Notes under the pieces: generated by a model
What the model saw: only the letters and a program-made list of their open reading frames with translations
Databases searched by the model: none
What the model was told of the DNA's origin: nothing
Part shown: positions 25,041 through 38,720 of the stretch, piece by piece
Position numbering within the stretch: position 1 is the first letter of the stretch
Layout of the letters: each line of letters begins with the position of its first letter
Position numbers and translations under genes: made by a program
Source of the DNA: Mobula hypostoma
Taxonomy: Eukaryota
Reading direction: 5' to 3'
Length of the DNA stretch: 64,000 nt
Assembly (NCBI RefSeq): GCF_963921235.1
Contig: NC_086109.1
Span: 5,520,001-5,584,000, forward strand

Positions 25041-27769
25041 GTGTTACAGCTCCAACAATCACAGGTTGGGGTTCAATTCCTGCCACTAATCGTAAGGAAT
25101 GTGTATGTTCTCCCCGTTGGCCATGTGGGTGTCCTCGGGCTGTGCCAGTTACCTCCTGCATTCCAGAGGTGTACGAGTTAGGGTTAGTAAAATGATGGGC
25201 ATGCTACATTGGCGCCGGAAGCATGGCAACACCTGTGGGCTGCCCCCAGCACAATCCTTGGTCTAAAATTTGTAAAATATTAGCCTTATTTGTTACATGT
25301 ACATCGAAACGTAGAGTGAAAATGGATCATTTTTACGTCGTTGACCAACACAATCCAAGGATTGACAAACTGTGTTGATTGTTAACACAAATGACGCCTT
25401 TCACTGTATGTTTTGATGTACAAGTGACAAATAAAGCTAACCTTTATCACTCAGTCTTTGTTTGGAAGAAGTTACTCTATGCATGGAGGGTGCCCTGCCC
25501 CAATATTACAACACCGACTGTAGAAAAAAAAGACATTCTTTACGAGCAGGTAGGATCAAAGGCTAACAAGTTCCCAGAACCTCATAGGCTGCATCGTAGT
25601 CATTCAGGAAACAGCTCCAGAGATGGTGAATGTGGTAGTTGTAATCTAACAAAATGAGACCATAAGCCCATAAGACGCAGAAGCAGATTTGGGCCACTCA
25701 TAGAACATAGAATAGTACAGTACAGGAACAGGCCATTTGGCCCACAGTGTTGTGCTGAACCAGCTAAAGTCAAATGAAAAACGTCCAAACACTAATCCCT
25801 CCTACCTACACCATGTTCATTTACCTCTAACTTATTTACATCCATTTGCCTATTCAAACGTCTCCAAAGCCTCTAAGGTATTTGCCTTTACCACCACACC
25901 AGGAAGCGCATTCCAGGCATCCACCACTCTCTAAGTAAAAAAAACTTATTACAGTACTCACATCCCCTTTGAAATTACTCCCATTCACCCTCAATGCATG
26001 CCCTCTGGTATTAGACATTTCAGCCTTGGGAAACAGATACTCTCTGTCCACTCTTATCTGTGCCTCTCATAATCGTATAAACTTCTATCAGCTCTCCTCT
26101 CAGCCTCCAACGCTCCAGAGGAAACGACCCAAGTTTATTCACCCCCTTGTGACAGCACCTGCTCTCTAATGAGTCTGCTCTGTCGTGGCTAATCATCATA
26201 GCTAATCCATTTCCCTCTCAACCCAGGAGGACGGTGAGGGTCGGGAAACTGCACACGCAACGTCGCTATTCAAGAGAGCAGGGAACTGTAGGCCAGTTAC
26301 CCAATGCCCATTGTTAGGTAGACACTGGACTACATTGATAGTGCAGTCATTGGATTAATTGGGCAGCCAGCACCTTTGTGTCCCAGAGCGGCAATAGCTA
26401 ATACAAAGGGGGCATCATTTTAAGGTGATCGGAGGGAAGTATAGGGGAGGATGCCGGAGGTAGGTTCTTTACACGGAGAGCAGTGGGTGCATGGAACGCC
26501 CTACCAGCGGTGGTAGTACAGGCAGATTCGTTAGGAGCATTTAAGAAATTCTTTGACAGTACAGTACATAATGAAGGAAAATGAAGGATTATGTTGGAGG
26601 GAAGAGCTAGATTGATCTTGGAGTAGTTTAAAGGGTCTGGACCGCGTCTTTTGTAACTCCGAAACATAAAACTAACCGAAAGAAAAATGCAGAGCTGGGA
26701 ATAATGTGTGTACTCTAGTTTCATTTTTACTTTAGTGAGGTGCACACTTATGATGTGGTGTCATAATAACATAGGACATTCATGTATTTTTATACTTAAC
26801 CTGGACTTCAGAAGGGTAAGGTGAGGGCACGCACATGCCAGTCCTTAGGGATCAGAAGTGGAAAGGTTGAGCAAGTTCCAGGCTGTCAAGATCTCTGAGG
26901 ATCGATCCTGCGCCCAACATATCGATGCAGTTACAAAGACGGTACGCCAACGGCTATGTTTCATTTGGAGTTTGAGGAGATTTGGTACATCACCAAAGAA
27001 ACCAGCAAATTTCTACAGGTGTACCATGGACAGCATTCTAACTGGTTGCATCTGGTATGGAAGAGTCACTGCACAGGATTGAAGTAAGCTGAAGAAAGTT
27101 GTAAATTCAGTCAGCTCCATCATGGGCATTAGCCTCCATAGTATCCAGGTCATCTTCAAAGGGTGATCCCTCGAAAAGGTAGTATCCATTATTAAGGACC
27201 CCCATCTCCCAGGACATGCCCTTTTCTCATTGTTACCATCAGGGCTGAGGTACAGGAGCCTGAAGGCACACACTCAATGATTCAGGAACAGCTTTTTTTT
27301 CCCCTCTGCCATCAGATTTTTGAATGGTCATTGAACACGTGAACACTACTTTACTACGTTTTTTTTCTCTTTTCACACTATTTATTGAATTTAATGTACA
27401 TAATATACTTACTATAATTTACAGTTTTTTATTCTTATGCATTACAATGTACTGTTGCCACATAACACCAAATTTCACAACATATGCCGGTAATATTAAA
27501 ACTGATTCTGAATTATGCAAACAACAAAGAATGCTGAATCAAACAATATTTACAATATTACTCAAATATTAAATACACAATTCTGTGCTGTACATTGTTG
27601 AGGTAGTAACTGCAAAACAATGAGTCAATCATGCAGTGATTAATAAGGATGGGTGCCCTCTAATTGGTATGAACCCTGTGGCCTGTTTCCATGCTCTGAG
27701 TATGTATGAAGGATTAGCTCACAGACGAAACACAGCTGGAATAAATTTATTTTTAAAATTTTTTTTAAG

Positions 27770-28432
27770 ATTATGAGAACACTCAGTCCTCTTTTATTGT
27801 CATTTAGAAATGCATACATGCATTAAGAAATGATACAATGTTTCTCTGGAGTGATATCACAGAAAACAGGACAGACCAAAGACTAACACTGACAGAACCA
27901 CATAATTATAGCATATAGTTACAACAGTGCAAAGCAACACCATAATTTGATGAAGAACAAACCATGGGCATGGTAAATAAAGTCTCAAAAGTCCCCAAGT
28001 CGATCGACTCCCGAGTCCCCGATACCAGGCGGCAAAAGGGAGAAACTCCCTGCCATAAACCTCCAGGCACTGTCAACTTGCCGATGCCTTGGAAGCAGCC
28101 GACCACAGCCGACACTGAGTCCATCCGTCCGAAAACTCCAGGCTTCTGACCAGCCTCCTGAGCGCCATCCTCTGCTGAGCACCTTCGACCTCTCCCCGGC
28201 TGCTGAAACACACAAAGCCGAGGATTTTGGGGCCTTCTGCTCCAGAGATTCCGGTTACCACACAGTAGCAACAGCAGCGAAGCGGGCATTCCAGAAGTTT
28301 TCCAGCTGTTCCTCCGTGCTCTAACATCCGTCTCCATCAAATCAGGATTGTACACGGTCCCCTACTTGACAGATAACAGACATCACCACCAAAGTGGCTG
28401 CGCGCGCTGCCATCGCACCGCCATCTTCTCCC
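27770..28432 (-). mobile_element. ~660-bp non-autonomous retroposon; sister copy at 41375-41906 plus 44835-44930
   Basis: Starts GGAGAAGATGGCGG, ends AATAAAAGAGGACTG..CATAATCT; colinear with the + strand copy that is split by CR1. Confidence 0.6.
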
Positions 28433-28618
28433 CATTCCCGAGTCGCTTTTTGGATCAGTGGCCAGTGTCTAGAGTTTGCGGTGGAAAGGATGAGCAGTTT
28501 CAAGTTTCTGGGTGTCAACATCTTTGAAGGTCTATCGTGGGCCCAACATATTGATACAATTACAAAGAAGGCATGCCAATGGCTGTAGATCACCTGGAGT
28601 TTGAGGAGATTTGCTATG

Positions 28619-28851
28619 CGTTAGTGTTGGGCACATGGTCAAGTGGTTAAGGTGTTTGTCTAGTGACCTGAAGGTCATTAGTTCGAGCCTCAGCTGTGGC
28701 AGCGTGTTTGTGCCCTTGAGCAAGGCACTTAACCACACATTGCTCTAGTGTCTGTGTGCGAGGAGTGGCGCCCCACACAGACTTCCAATCTGTGCCCTGT
28801 AAGGCATGAAAATGCCCGACGCAGGCCTCTCGTGGTCTGAGTCGACGTTAC
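28619..28851 (+). mobile_element. tRNA-derived CORE-like SINE inserted in a Rex1-like fragment (sister copy on - strand at ~52910-53117)
   Basis: A box TGGTCAAGTGG, B box GTTCGAGCC, GTGCCCTTGAGCAAGGCACTTAACC core; TGCTATG TSD at 28612-28618 and 28852-28858. Confidence 0.75.
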
Positions 28852-29714
28852 TGCTATGTCACCAAAGAATCTAGCAAATTTCTACAGATGCACAATGGAG
28901 GGTGTTTTGACTGCTTGCATCACCGCGTGGTATGACCATGAGACACAAGCCATAGGAACAGAATTAGGCCATTCACCCCATCATGTCTGCTCTGCTGTGT
29001 GGAGCCTCCGACGCACAGGGTCGAAGAAAGCTGCGGAGGGGTTGTATACTCAGCTAGCTCCATCATAGGCATGAGCACCCCCCCGTCACCCCCACCCCCA
29101 CCCCCATCTCTGAGGCCACAGTCAAAAGGCAATGCCTCAGAAAGACAGCATTCATTATTAATGACCCCCAGCACCCAGGACACGCCCTCTTCTTGTTGCT
29201 ACCATCAGAGAGGAGGTACAGGATTCTGAAGGCGCACACTCAACTGAGGAACAGCTTCTTCCCCCCTGCCATCAGATTTCTGAATGGACGTTGAACCCAT
29301 GAACACTCCCTCACTACTTTCCATATTTCGATCTGTTTTGCATTACTTATTTAATTTAACTATATATATATAGTTACTGTAATTAAGTTTTTTTCTGTAT
29401 TATCATATATTGCATTGTACTGCGGCTGGAAAGTTAACAAATTTCGCACCGTATGCCAGTGATATTAAAGCTGATTCTGATTCTGATCTTGTTGAGGAGC
29501 AGTGGGACAGCAACCCTCCTGGGGAAACTTGAAGGCGACAGAGAGAAGAGAGGAAATTGGAGTTGAGAGGGGAGATAAATCAGCCATGATGGAATGGTGT
29601 TGCAGGAGAGATGGGCTGAATGGCCTACTACTGTTCCTGTATTTTAGAAACATAGAAAATAGGTGCAGGAGTAGGCCATTCGGCCCTTCGAGCCTGCACC
29701 GCCATTTATTATGA

Positions 29715-32700
29715 TCATGGCTGAACCTCCAACTCAGAACCCCGCCCCAGCCTTCCCTCCATACCCCCTGACCCCGTAGCCACAAGGGCCATATCTAACT
29801 CCCTCTTAAATATAGCCAATGAACTGGCCTCAACTGTTTCCTGTGGCAGAGAATTCCACAGATTCACCACTCTCTGTGTGAAGAAGTTTTTCCTAATCTC
29901 GGTCCTAAAAGGCTTCCCCTCTATCCTCAAACTGTGGCCCCTCGTTCTGGACTTCCCCAACATCGGGAACAATCTTCCTGCATCTAGCCTGTCCAATCCC
30001 TTTAGGATCTTATACGTTTCAATCAGATCCCCCCTCAATCTTCTAAATTCCAACGAGTACAAGCCCAGTTCATCCAGTCTTTCTTCATATGGAAGTCCTG
30101 CCATCCCAGGAATGTCTTTCCTCAGATTAGGGGACCAAAACTGCACACAATACTCCAGGTGTGGTCTCACCAAGGCCTTGTACAACTGCAGTAGTTGCAA
30201 CTGCAGTAACTCCCTGCTCCTGTACTCGAATCCTCTCGCTATAAATGCCAGCATAACATTCGCCTTTTTCACTGCCTGCTGTACCTGCATGCCCACTTTC
30301 AATGACTGGTGTATAATGACACCCAGGTCCCGTTGCACCTCCCCTTTTCCTAATCGGCCACCATTCAGATAATAATCCGTTTTCCTATTTTTGCCACCAA
30401 AGTGGATAACTTCACATTTATCCACATTAAATTGCATCTGTCATGAATTTGCCCACTCACCCAACCTATCCAAGTCACCCTGCATCCTCTTAGCATCCTC
30501 CTCACACTAACACTGCCACCCAGCTTCGTGTCATCCGCAAACTTGGAGATGCTGCATTTAATTTCCTCATCCAAGTCATTAATATATATTGTAAACAACT
30601 GGGGTCCCAGCATTGAGCCTTGCGGTACCCCACTAGTCACCGCCTGCCATTCTGAAAAGGTCCCGTTTATTCCCACTCTTTGCTTCCTGTCTGCTAACCA
30701 ATTCTCCACCCACACCAATACCTTACCCCCAATACCGTGTGCTTTAAGTTTGCACACTAATCTCCTGTGTGGGACCTTGTCAAAAGCCTTTTGAAAATCC
30801 AAATATACCACATCCACTGGTTCTCCCCTATCCACTCTACTAGTTACATCCTCAAAAAATTCTATGAGATTCGTCAGACATGATTTTCCTTTCACAAATC
30901 CATGCTGACTTTGTCCGATCATTTCACCGCTTTCCAAATGTGCTGTTATCACATCCTTGATAACTGACTCCAGCAGTTTCCCCACCACCGACGTTAGGCT
31001 AACCGGTATATAATTCCCCAGTTTCTCTCTCCCTCCTTTTTTAAAAAGTGGAGTTACATTAGCCACCCTCCAATCCTCAGGAACTAGTCCAGAATCTAAC
31101 TAGTTTTGAAAAATTATCACTAATGCATCCACTATTTCTTGGGCTACTTCCTTAAGCACTCTAGGATGCAGACCATCTGGCCCTGGGGATTTATCTGCCT
31201 TCAATCCCTTCAATTTACCTAACACCACTTCCCTACTAACATGTATTTCGCTCAGTTCCTCCATCTCACTGGACCCTCTGTCCCCTACTATTTCTGGAAG
31301 ATTATTTATGTCCTCCTTAGTGAAGACAGAACCAAAGTAATTATTCAATTGGTCTGCCATGTCCTTGCTCCCCGTAATCAATTCACCTGTTTCTGTCTGT
31401 AGGGGACCTACATTTGTCTTTACCAGTCTTTTCCTTTTTACATATCTATAAAAGCTTTTACAGTCCGTTTTTATGTTCCCTGCCAGTTTTCTCTCATAAT
31501 CTTTTTTCCCCTTCCTAATTAAGCCCTTTGTCCTCCTCTGCTGAACCCTGAATTTCTCCCAGTCCTCAGGTGAGCCACTTTCTCTGGCTAATTTGTATGC
31601 TTCTTCTTTGGAATTGATACTATCCCTAATTTCTCTTGTCAGCCACGGGTGCACTACCTTCCTTGATTTATTCTTTTGCCAAACTGGGATGAACAATTGT
31701 TGTAGTTCATCCATGCAACCTTTAAATGCTTGCCATTGCATATCCACCGTCAATCCTTTAAGTGTCATTTGCCAGTCTATCTTAGCTAATTCACGTCTCA
31801 TACCTTCAAAGTTACCCCTCTTTCAGTTCAGAACCTTTGTTTCTGAATTAACTGTGTCACTCTCCATCTTAATGAAGAATTCCACCATATTATGGTCACT
31901 CTTACCCAAGGGGCCTCTCATGACAAGATTGCTAATTAACCCTTCCTCATTGCTCAAAACCCAGTCCAGAATAGAAACATAGAAACATAGAAAATAGGTG
32001 CAGGAGTAGGCCATTCGGCCCTTCGAGCCTGCACCGCCATTTATTATGATCATGGCTGATCATCCAACTCAGAACCCAGCCTTCCCTCCATACCCCCTGA
32101 CCCCTGTAGCCACAAGGGCCATATCTAACTTCCTTTTAAACATAGCTAATGAACTGGCCTCAACAGTTCAACTGGCCTGCTCTCTAGTTGGTTCCTCGAC
32201 ATGTTGGTTCAAAAAACCATCCCGCATACATTCCAAGAAATCCTCTTCCTCAGCACCTTTACCAATTTGGTTCACCCAATCTACATGTAGATTGAAGTCA
32301 CCCATTATAACTGCTGTTCCTTTATTGCACACATTTCTAATTTCCTGTTTAATACCATCTCTGACCTCACTACTACTGTTAGGTGGCCTGTACACAACTC
32401 CCACCAGCGTCTTCTGCCCCTTAGTGTTACGCAGCTCTACCCATATCGATTCCACATCTTCCCGGCTTACGTCTTTCCTTTCTATTGCGTTAATCTCTTC
32501 TCTAACCAGCAATGCCACCCCACCTCCCCTTCCTTCATGTTTATCCCTCCTGAATATTGAATATCCCTGAACGTTGAGCTCCCATCCCTGGTCACCCTGG
32601 AGCCATGTCTCTGTGATCCCAACTATATCATAATCATTAATAACAATCTGCACTTTCAATTCATCCACCTTATTATGAATGCTCCTTGCATTGACACACA

Positions 32701-32935
32701 AAGCCTTCAGGTGCTCTTTTACAACTCTCTTAGCCCTTATACAATTATGCTGAAAAGTGGCCCTTTTTAATGCTTGCCCTGGATTTGTTGGCCTGCCACT
32801 TTTACTTTTCTCCTTAGTACTTTTTGCTTCTACCCTCACTTTACACCCCTCTGTCTCTCTGCACTGGCTCCCATCCCCCTGTTGTGAACTAACCTCCTCA
32901 CGCCTAGCCTCTTTAATTTGATTCCCACTCCCCAA
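29715..32935 (-). pseudogene. CR1 ORF2 (APE plus RT), disrupted
   Basis: NARSI, GITETW, GDFN, FADD motifs; broken by the insertion at 31975-32176, a stop at 31100-31102 and indels. Confidence 0.9.
31975..32176 (-). mobile_element. ~200-bp CR1 3' end inserted into the ORF2 of a related CR1
   Basis: Tail and 3' UTR interrupt GTCCAGAATAG|CCTGCTCTCT, which is contiguous at 44260-44280. Confidence 0.9.
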
Positions 32936-32940
32936 CCATT

Positions 32941-33876
32941 CTAGTTTAAAGTCACCTCAGTGGCCCCCGCTAATCTCCCTGCCAGGATATTGGTCCCCCT
33001 AGGATTCAAGTGTAACCCGTCCTTTTTGTACAGGTCACACCTGCGCCAAAAGAGGTCCCAATGATCCAAAAACTTGAATCCCTGCCCCCTGCTCCAATCC
33101 CTCAGCCACGCATTTATCCTCCACCTCATCGCATTCCTACTCTCACTGTCGCGTGGCACAGGCAGTAATCCCGAGATTACTACCTTTGCGGTTCTTTTTC
33201 TCAACTCCCTTCCTAGCTCCCTATATTCTCCTTTCAGGACCTCATCCCTTTTCCTACCTATGTCATTGGTACCTATATGTACCACGACCTCTGGCTCCTC
33301 ACCCTCCCACTTCAGGATATCTTGAACACGATCAGAAATATCCCGGACCCTGGCACCAGGGAGACAAACTACCATCCGGGTCTCTGGACTGTGTCCACAG
33401 AATCGCCTATCTGACCCCCTTACTATCGAGTCCCCTATCACAACTGCCCTCCTCTTCCTTGCCCTACCCTTCTGAGCTACAGGGCCAGACTCTGTGCTGG
33501 AGGCACGGCCACTATCGCTTCCCCCAGGTAAGCTGTCCCCCCCAACAGTACTCAAACAGGAGTACCTGTTGTTAAGGGGCACAGCCACCGGGGTATTCCT
33601 TATTACCTGACTTTTCCCCTTCCCCCTCCTAACCGTGACCCACTTGTCTGCCTCCCGTGGCCCCGGCGTGACCACCTGCCTGCAACTCCTCTCTATCACC
33701 TCCTCACTCTCCCTGACCAGATGAAGGTCATCGAGCTGCAGCTCCAGTTCCGTAACGCGGTCCCTTAGGAGCTGCATCTCGATGCACTTGGCGCAGATGT
33801 AGACGTCCGGGAGGCTTGGAGACTCCAGGGCCTCCCACATCCGACACCGAGAACAGCAAACTGCCCTCACACTCAT
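32941..33876 (-). CDS. CR1 ORF1p: zinc finger, coiled coil and SGNH esterase-like domain (intact)
   Basis: CSRC...CAKC; GDSIVRG, HIGTNDIG and DGLHLN SGNH blocks; ATG at 33876. Confidence 0.9.
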   Translation of the reverse strand: MSVRAVCCSRCRMWEALESPSLPDVYICAKCIEMQLLRDRVTELELQLDDLHLVRESEEVIERSCRQVVTPGPREADKWVTVRRGKGKSQVIRNTPVAVPLNNRYSCLSTVGGDSLPGGSDSGRASSTESGPVAQKGRARKRRAVVIGDSIVRGSDRRFCGHSPETRMVVCLPGARVRDISDRVQDILKWEGEEPEVVVHIGTNDIGRKRDEVLKGEYRELGRELRKRTAKVVISGLLPVPRDSESRNAMRWRINAWLRDWSRGQGFKFLDHWDLFWRRCDLYKKDGLHLNPRGTNILAGRLAGATEVTLN

Positions 33877-34029
33877 ACTGCCCCTCTCCTCAAATAACAA
33901 CAGAAAATGAATACCAAACCTTCCTCGCCTCGCCCGTTTCCACCTAAGCCCGTTGAGCCGAAGCCCTTAAGTCTTCACTCTGCTCTCTGCTCACTCCGCC
34001 GCCTGCAAACTACGCTGCCCACTGTATGA

Positions 34030-34100
34030 GGCTCTGTTCCTTTTAAATCTGCCGCGCTGCACTGCCCGACGTCACACGCCTGCGCAGTCCCGCCTCTCAG
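34030..34100 (-). promoter_or_regulatory. Putative internal Pol II promoter in CR1 5' UTR
   Basis: - strand GAGGCGGGA (GC box), TGCGCAGGCG (NRF1-like), TGACGTC (CRE-like), TTTAAAAG (TATA-like) in order upstream of ORF1. Confidence 0.5.
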
Positions 34101-37100
34101 AACGCCATTGGAGAAAAAAATATCGAAAATTTCAAAAATGTCTTTCTCGGCACTCCCACTCAGACTCTCAGACTTTTATGGTCTTACGGATGAGAAAAGA
34201 GCAAATGAAGTGTTAATCTCTGCTTCCGTTGCACCAAATCAAACGAAACTGCTTCTTGTTATTAATTCCTCCGGTATCTCTGCTCTCACAGAAATAACCC
34301 GAAGCTTGGCTGGAGGCCAGCTTTAAGGAGGACTCTGCAAGGGGGGGAGAGTGGTGAGTGACAATTAGAGCTCGAACCAGAAGAGGGGGAAGGAGTGGCA
34401 CTAGGGCTGCAGTCAGGGTGGGAGGGTGGAGAAGGTAGATTGTGGGACTGCAGGAATTCAGAAATCGAGGTGTGGCCGCAAGCGAAGGGATGAGATAGGA
34501 GGTTAACGAACCAAGGAGGTGCAGTGTGCTGCACTCTATTTTGCATGAATATCTTTCAGATAAGCAGCGTTAAGGTGTATACTTCCAAAATAGCTCCACA
34601 GAAGGATATGTTCCCTTGAAGCTGGCGGGTGCAAGGCTGCAGGGTAGCTGAAATGCATCTGTGAACATAGCCCTTGTTGTTGCACAGCAGGAGTTTTCTT
34701 TTGTATCATGTCAAAATTAAAGAGCCATGCAGTTTTCGGGCTGCATAAGTATTTCCTGTTCAGAGCAATGGCTGGTCCATGCAGCTGTAAAAAAAAATTA
34801 GAGGGAATGTTGGATATATAGGTCTATCTGTAAATAAAATACAGAAATATGTATTAAGTCACAGAACACTACAGCACAGAAAAGGTCCTTCAGCCCATCT
34901 AGTACATGCTGAACTATTATTCTACCTACTCCCATCAACCTGCGCCAGGGCTATAGCCCTCCATTCCCCTCCCAATAATGTACCTCTCCAAATTTCTCTT
35001 TTATATTTTACTTATAATAATTAAAATAAACAATTTACTTTATTTATTTAGAGATACAGAGCAGAACAGGTCTTTCCAGCCCTTCAAGCTGTGCTGCCCA
35101 GCAACCCACTGATTTAACTCTGGTCTAATCACAGGACAATTTATAATGACCTACTAACTGGCACATCTTTGGACTGTAGGAGAAAACTGGAGCAGCAGGG
35201 GTAAACCCACGTACTCATGGGGAGAACGTACAAACTCCTTACAGATGGCCCCAGAAATGAGCTCCAAATTCCAACACCAGGAGCTGTAACAGTGTTGCAC
35301 TAATTGCCACACTCCCACGGTGCCCGAAACAGAAGTGTTGCGATCAGACCCACATCACCATTTGGCAGTGGTAAATGTCATAACTAGCGATTCTTTCTAC
35401 TAAGAGGAGCCTCTGGTCTTCAAGATGACTAAACTCAGCTGGAATTGATAATTGGTTTATTATTGTCACATATACAGTGAGAAGCTTTTGTTTGCGTGCC
35501 ATTGTGGAAATATTTCTGTAACCCTAAGTCTTCAAGACTTTATAGATTTCTTTGTAAAATAAAATGTGACAAAATGGAACCTATGTGAGCTCAGAGTGCT
35601 TTGCTGGTTTGGATGGAGGCTTACAGGAAGTCTGTGTGTGTTATACGGCAATGGAATGTGTTGAGAACAGAGAAAAACAGGACACAGCCATCATGAAGAA
35701 AAAACCTCAAAAGGCAAATGGACTGATTAAAGAACAGATGTCGTGAACCAGCGACAGATCCAGATAAAGTGTTGATGAATTACTGGACTTTGTAAATGTA
35801 CAAAATGGTTTGTTCTGATTGAAGCTACTTTCCAAACGACTTAACTTATGGAGGTAGATCTCCCCTTGCGAGTAATAAAATACGCTTATAATTTGACCCA
35901 CTCTAAATTTGTTGTAGTTTGTTACTGTATATTAGGTACACAATACCATCCAGATAGATCTTTCAAAACATAAGGACACTGAGGTCATACAAAAAGAGAA
36001 ATGGTAACAGAATGCAGAATGTAGGAAGTGCGGTGCAGGTAGGGGGACAAGGTGAACATTGTTAGGAATTATTAAAGTCATAGTATTGAGAATTAAAATA
36101 GTGCAATGATTATAACTGATGTAATGGGTTGCGGGGTCTCGACCAAAGGAGGTGTGAGGTGCTTCTTCCCTCCACTAGCCTGCAGACCACCACTGGGCAA
36201 GGTGTAGAACCTGCTTAGCCCCCAACCCCTTGATCAGGGTCACGTGAAGCCATGGTTTTGTGAGCAGCTGGTGCATATCACAAGTCCTGGTTATGCGACC
36301 ACTGACGCGAGGCGGACAATCTCTGAAGAGTATTGATAACGGCTGGGGTCTCCCATCTTGTAAAGACACTGCACAGGAGAAGGAAATGTCAAACCAGTTC
36401 TATAGAAAAATTTGCCAAGAACAACCATGGTCATAGAATGACTGGCCGGTATTTGGAAAGGGGTAATCTCCATTAGGGGGCAAATCTGCTGGGTGCTGCG
36501 GTGCTGTACAATGGGTCTGGTGGGCGGCTAGGTCAGAGTTTGCCAGTAATCGGAGAAAAGGTGTCAAGGGCGGAACTTGCCGGGTCTTGCAGGACTGTAG
36601 TGTCAGCCTGGCTGCTGCATTGGTTGGATTTTGCCAGTAGGGATAATAAAGTTTGAGAGGGATAATAAATCAGCCTTGATGGAATGGCAAATGACCTAAT
36701 GTCTTGCAGTCTTAAGAGAGCAGTTTGCCAGCAGTCACCCAGCTCCAACACCAGATTATCCCAAACAGCTTTTTAAACATCTCAGAGGATCATGAAGAAG
36801 GCACACCAGCAGCTCTATTTCATTAGAGCTTTGAGATTTGGTTTGTTACCAAACACTTTAGCTAATTTCTTCAGATGTACCGTGGAGAGCATCCTAGCAG
36901 TTGTATCGCCGTCTGGTGTGCAGGTGCCAATGCGAAAGGTAGGAAGAAGCTGCAGACCAGCAGGGGTCCACGGACCTCTCGGTTAATGGCGAGGCTCCAG
37001 GGCATAAAACAGGTTGGGAACCCCGTGCTGCAGTGGGTTGTAACCTCAGCCAGCTCCATCGTAGACCCAACCCTCCCACCATCAAGGACAGAGTCATAAA

Positions 37101-37904
37101 GCAATGCCTCAAAAAGGTGGCAGCCATCACTCAGGACCCTAATCATCTGGGACGTGTCCTCTTCTCAATACTGTCACCAAGGAGGAGGTACAGGAGTCTG
37201 AAGCCCCACTCTATGTTTTAGGAACAGCTTCTTCCCTTCCACCATTGGATTTCTGAATGCACTATAAACCCATGTACACTATTTTTCTTTTTACAATTTT
37301 TAATACACTATTTCCCTTTTGCACTATTTATTTTTGACGTAACTTATAGGGTTTTAATGTTTTGCACTGTACTGCTGCCACAAAACAGCAAATTTCACAT
37401 TTTAATGGAGTACAATTTCATAATATAATATAATTTCAACATATGTCAGTGATAATAAACGTGATTCTAACATTGATCAGGGTAGGTACCACTAATCAGG
37501 CCAAAACTCGAACTGGCCTTGAGGAGGGGGTAGGAGACAACTCCTCGAACACCGCAGATGGTTGCATTGCCAGCTATTATTCCAGACTGCGTAATTCACA
37601 GCTGATAATTTCTCCTGCTGCTGCAGTGGGGATTAATCTTATCGGTCCCGTGAGATAAAGGTTGCCCTAGCACGTCCTGTGTCGGGTATTGGTTCGTTGT
37701 TAAACTGCGCTCTCTAGCAGTGAGTGCCAACGTTGCAGCCCAACACAGACCCCGTGCAGAAACAACGTGTGACCCAAGTGATGCAAATCTTTGGCTGAAC
37801 ATAACGTCACGGCCATTTACTTCAACTCAGAATAGCAGAGCACAAGGAAGAACCACTGGATCAGGCCATTCAGCCCCTCATCCTCCAGCATTCAAAAATA
37901 TAAG

Positions 37905-38720
37905 GGAGATGAGGCTGAGTACAGGGCTACGGTAGGAAACTTTGTCACATGGTGTGAGCAGAATTATCTGCAGCTTAATGTGAAAAAGACTAAGGAGCTG
38001 GTGGTAGACCTGAGGAGGGCTAAGGCACCGGTGACCCCTGTTTCCATCCGGGGGTCAGTGTGGACATGGTGGCGGATTACAAATACCTGGGGATACGAAT
38101 TGACAATAAACTGGACTGGTCAAAGAACACTGAGGCTGTCTACAAGAAGGGTCAGAGCTGTCTCTATTTCCTGAGGAGACTGAGGTCCTTTAACATCTGC
38201 CGGACGATGTTGAGGATATTCTACGAGTCTGTGGTGGCCAGTGTGATCATGTTTGTTGTTGTGTGCTGGGGCAGCAGGCTGAGTGTAGCAGACACCAACA
38301 GAATGAACAAACTCATTCGTAAGGCCAGTGATGTTGTGGGGATGGAACTGGACTCTCTGACAGTGGTGTCCGAAAAGAGGATGCTGTCCAAGTTGCATGC
38401 CATCTTGGACAATGTCTCCCATCCACTACATAATGTACTGGGTGGGCACAGGAGTACATTCAGCCAGAGACTCATTCCACCGAGATGCAACACAGAGCGT
38501 CATAGGAAGTCATTCCTGCCTGTGGCCATCAAACTTTACAACTCCTCCCTTGGAGGGTCAGATACCCTGAGCCAATAGGCTGGTCCTGAACTTATTTCCT
38601 GGCATAATTTACATATTACTATTTAATTATTTATGGTTTTATTACTATTTAATTATTTATGGTGCAACTGTAACGAAAACCAATTTCCCTTGGGATCAAT
38701 AAAGTATGACTATGACTATA
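37905..38720 (+). mobile_element. Rex1/Babar-like element 3' end
   Basis: ORF 38060-38578; (TATGAC)n tail; close relative of 22417-23105. Confidence 0.85.

Larger units (their letters stand above)
29647..34173 (-). mobile_element. Full-length CR1 LINE (5' UTR, ORF1, disrupted ORF2, 3' UTR)
   Basis: ORF1, APE and RT in order; tail at 29647-29660; TTTTA on both flanks (29642-29646, 34174-34178). Confidence 0.92.

Noticed and set aside
28626..28700. Possible tRNA gene
   Set aside because: tRNA-like head continues into a SINE core with TSD; no complete cloverleaf
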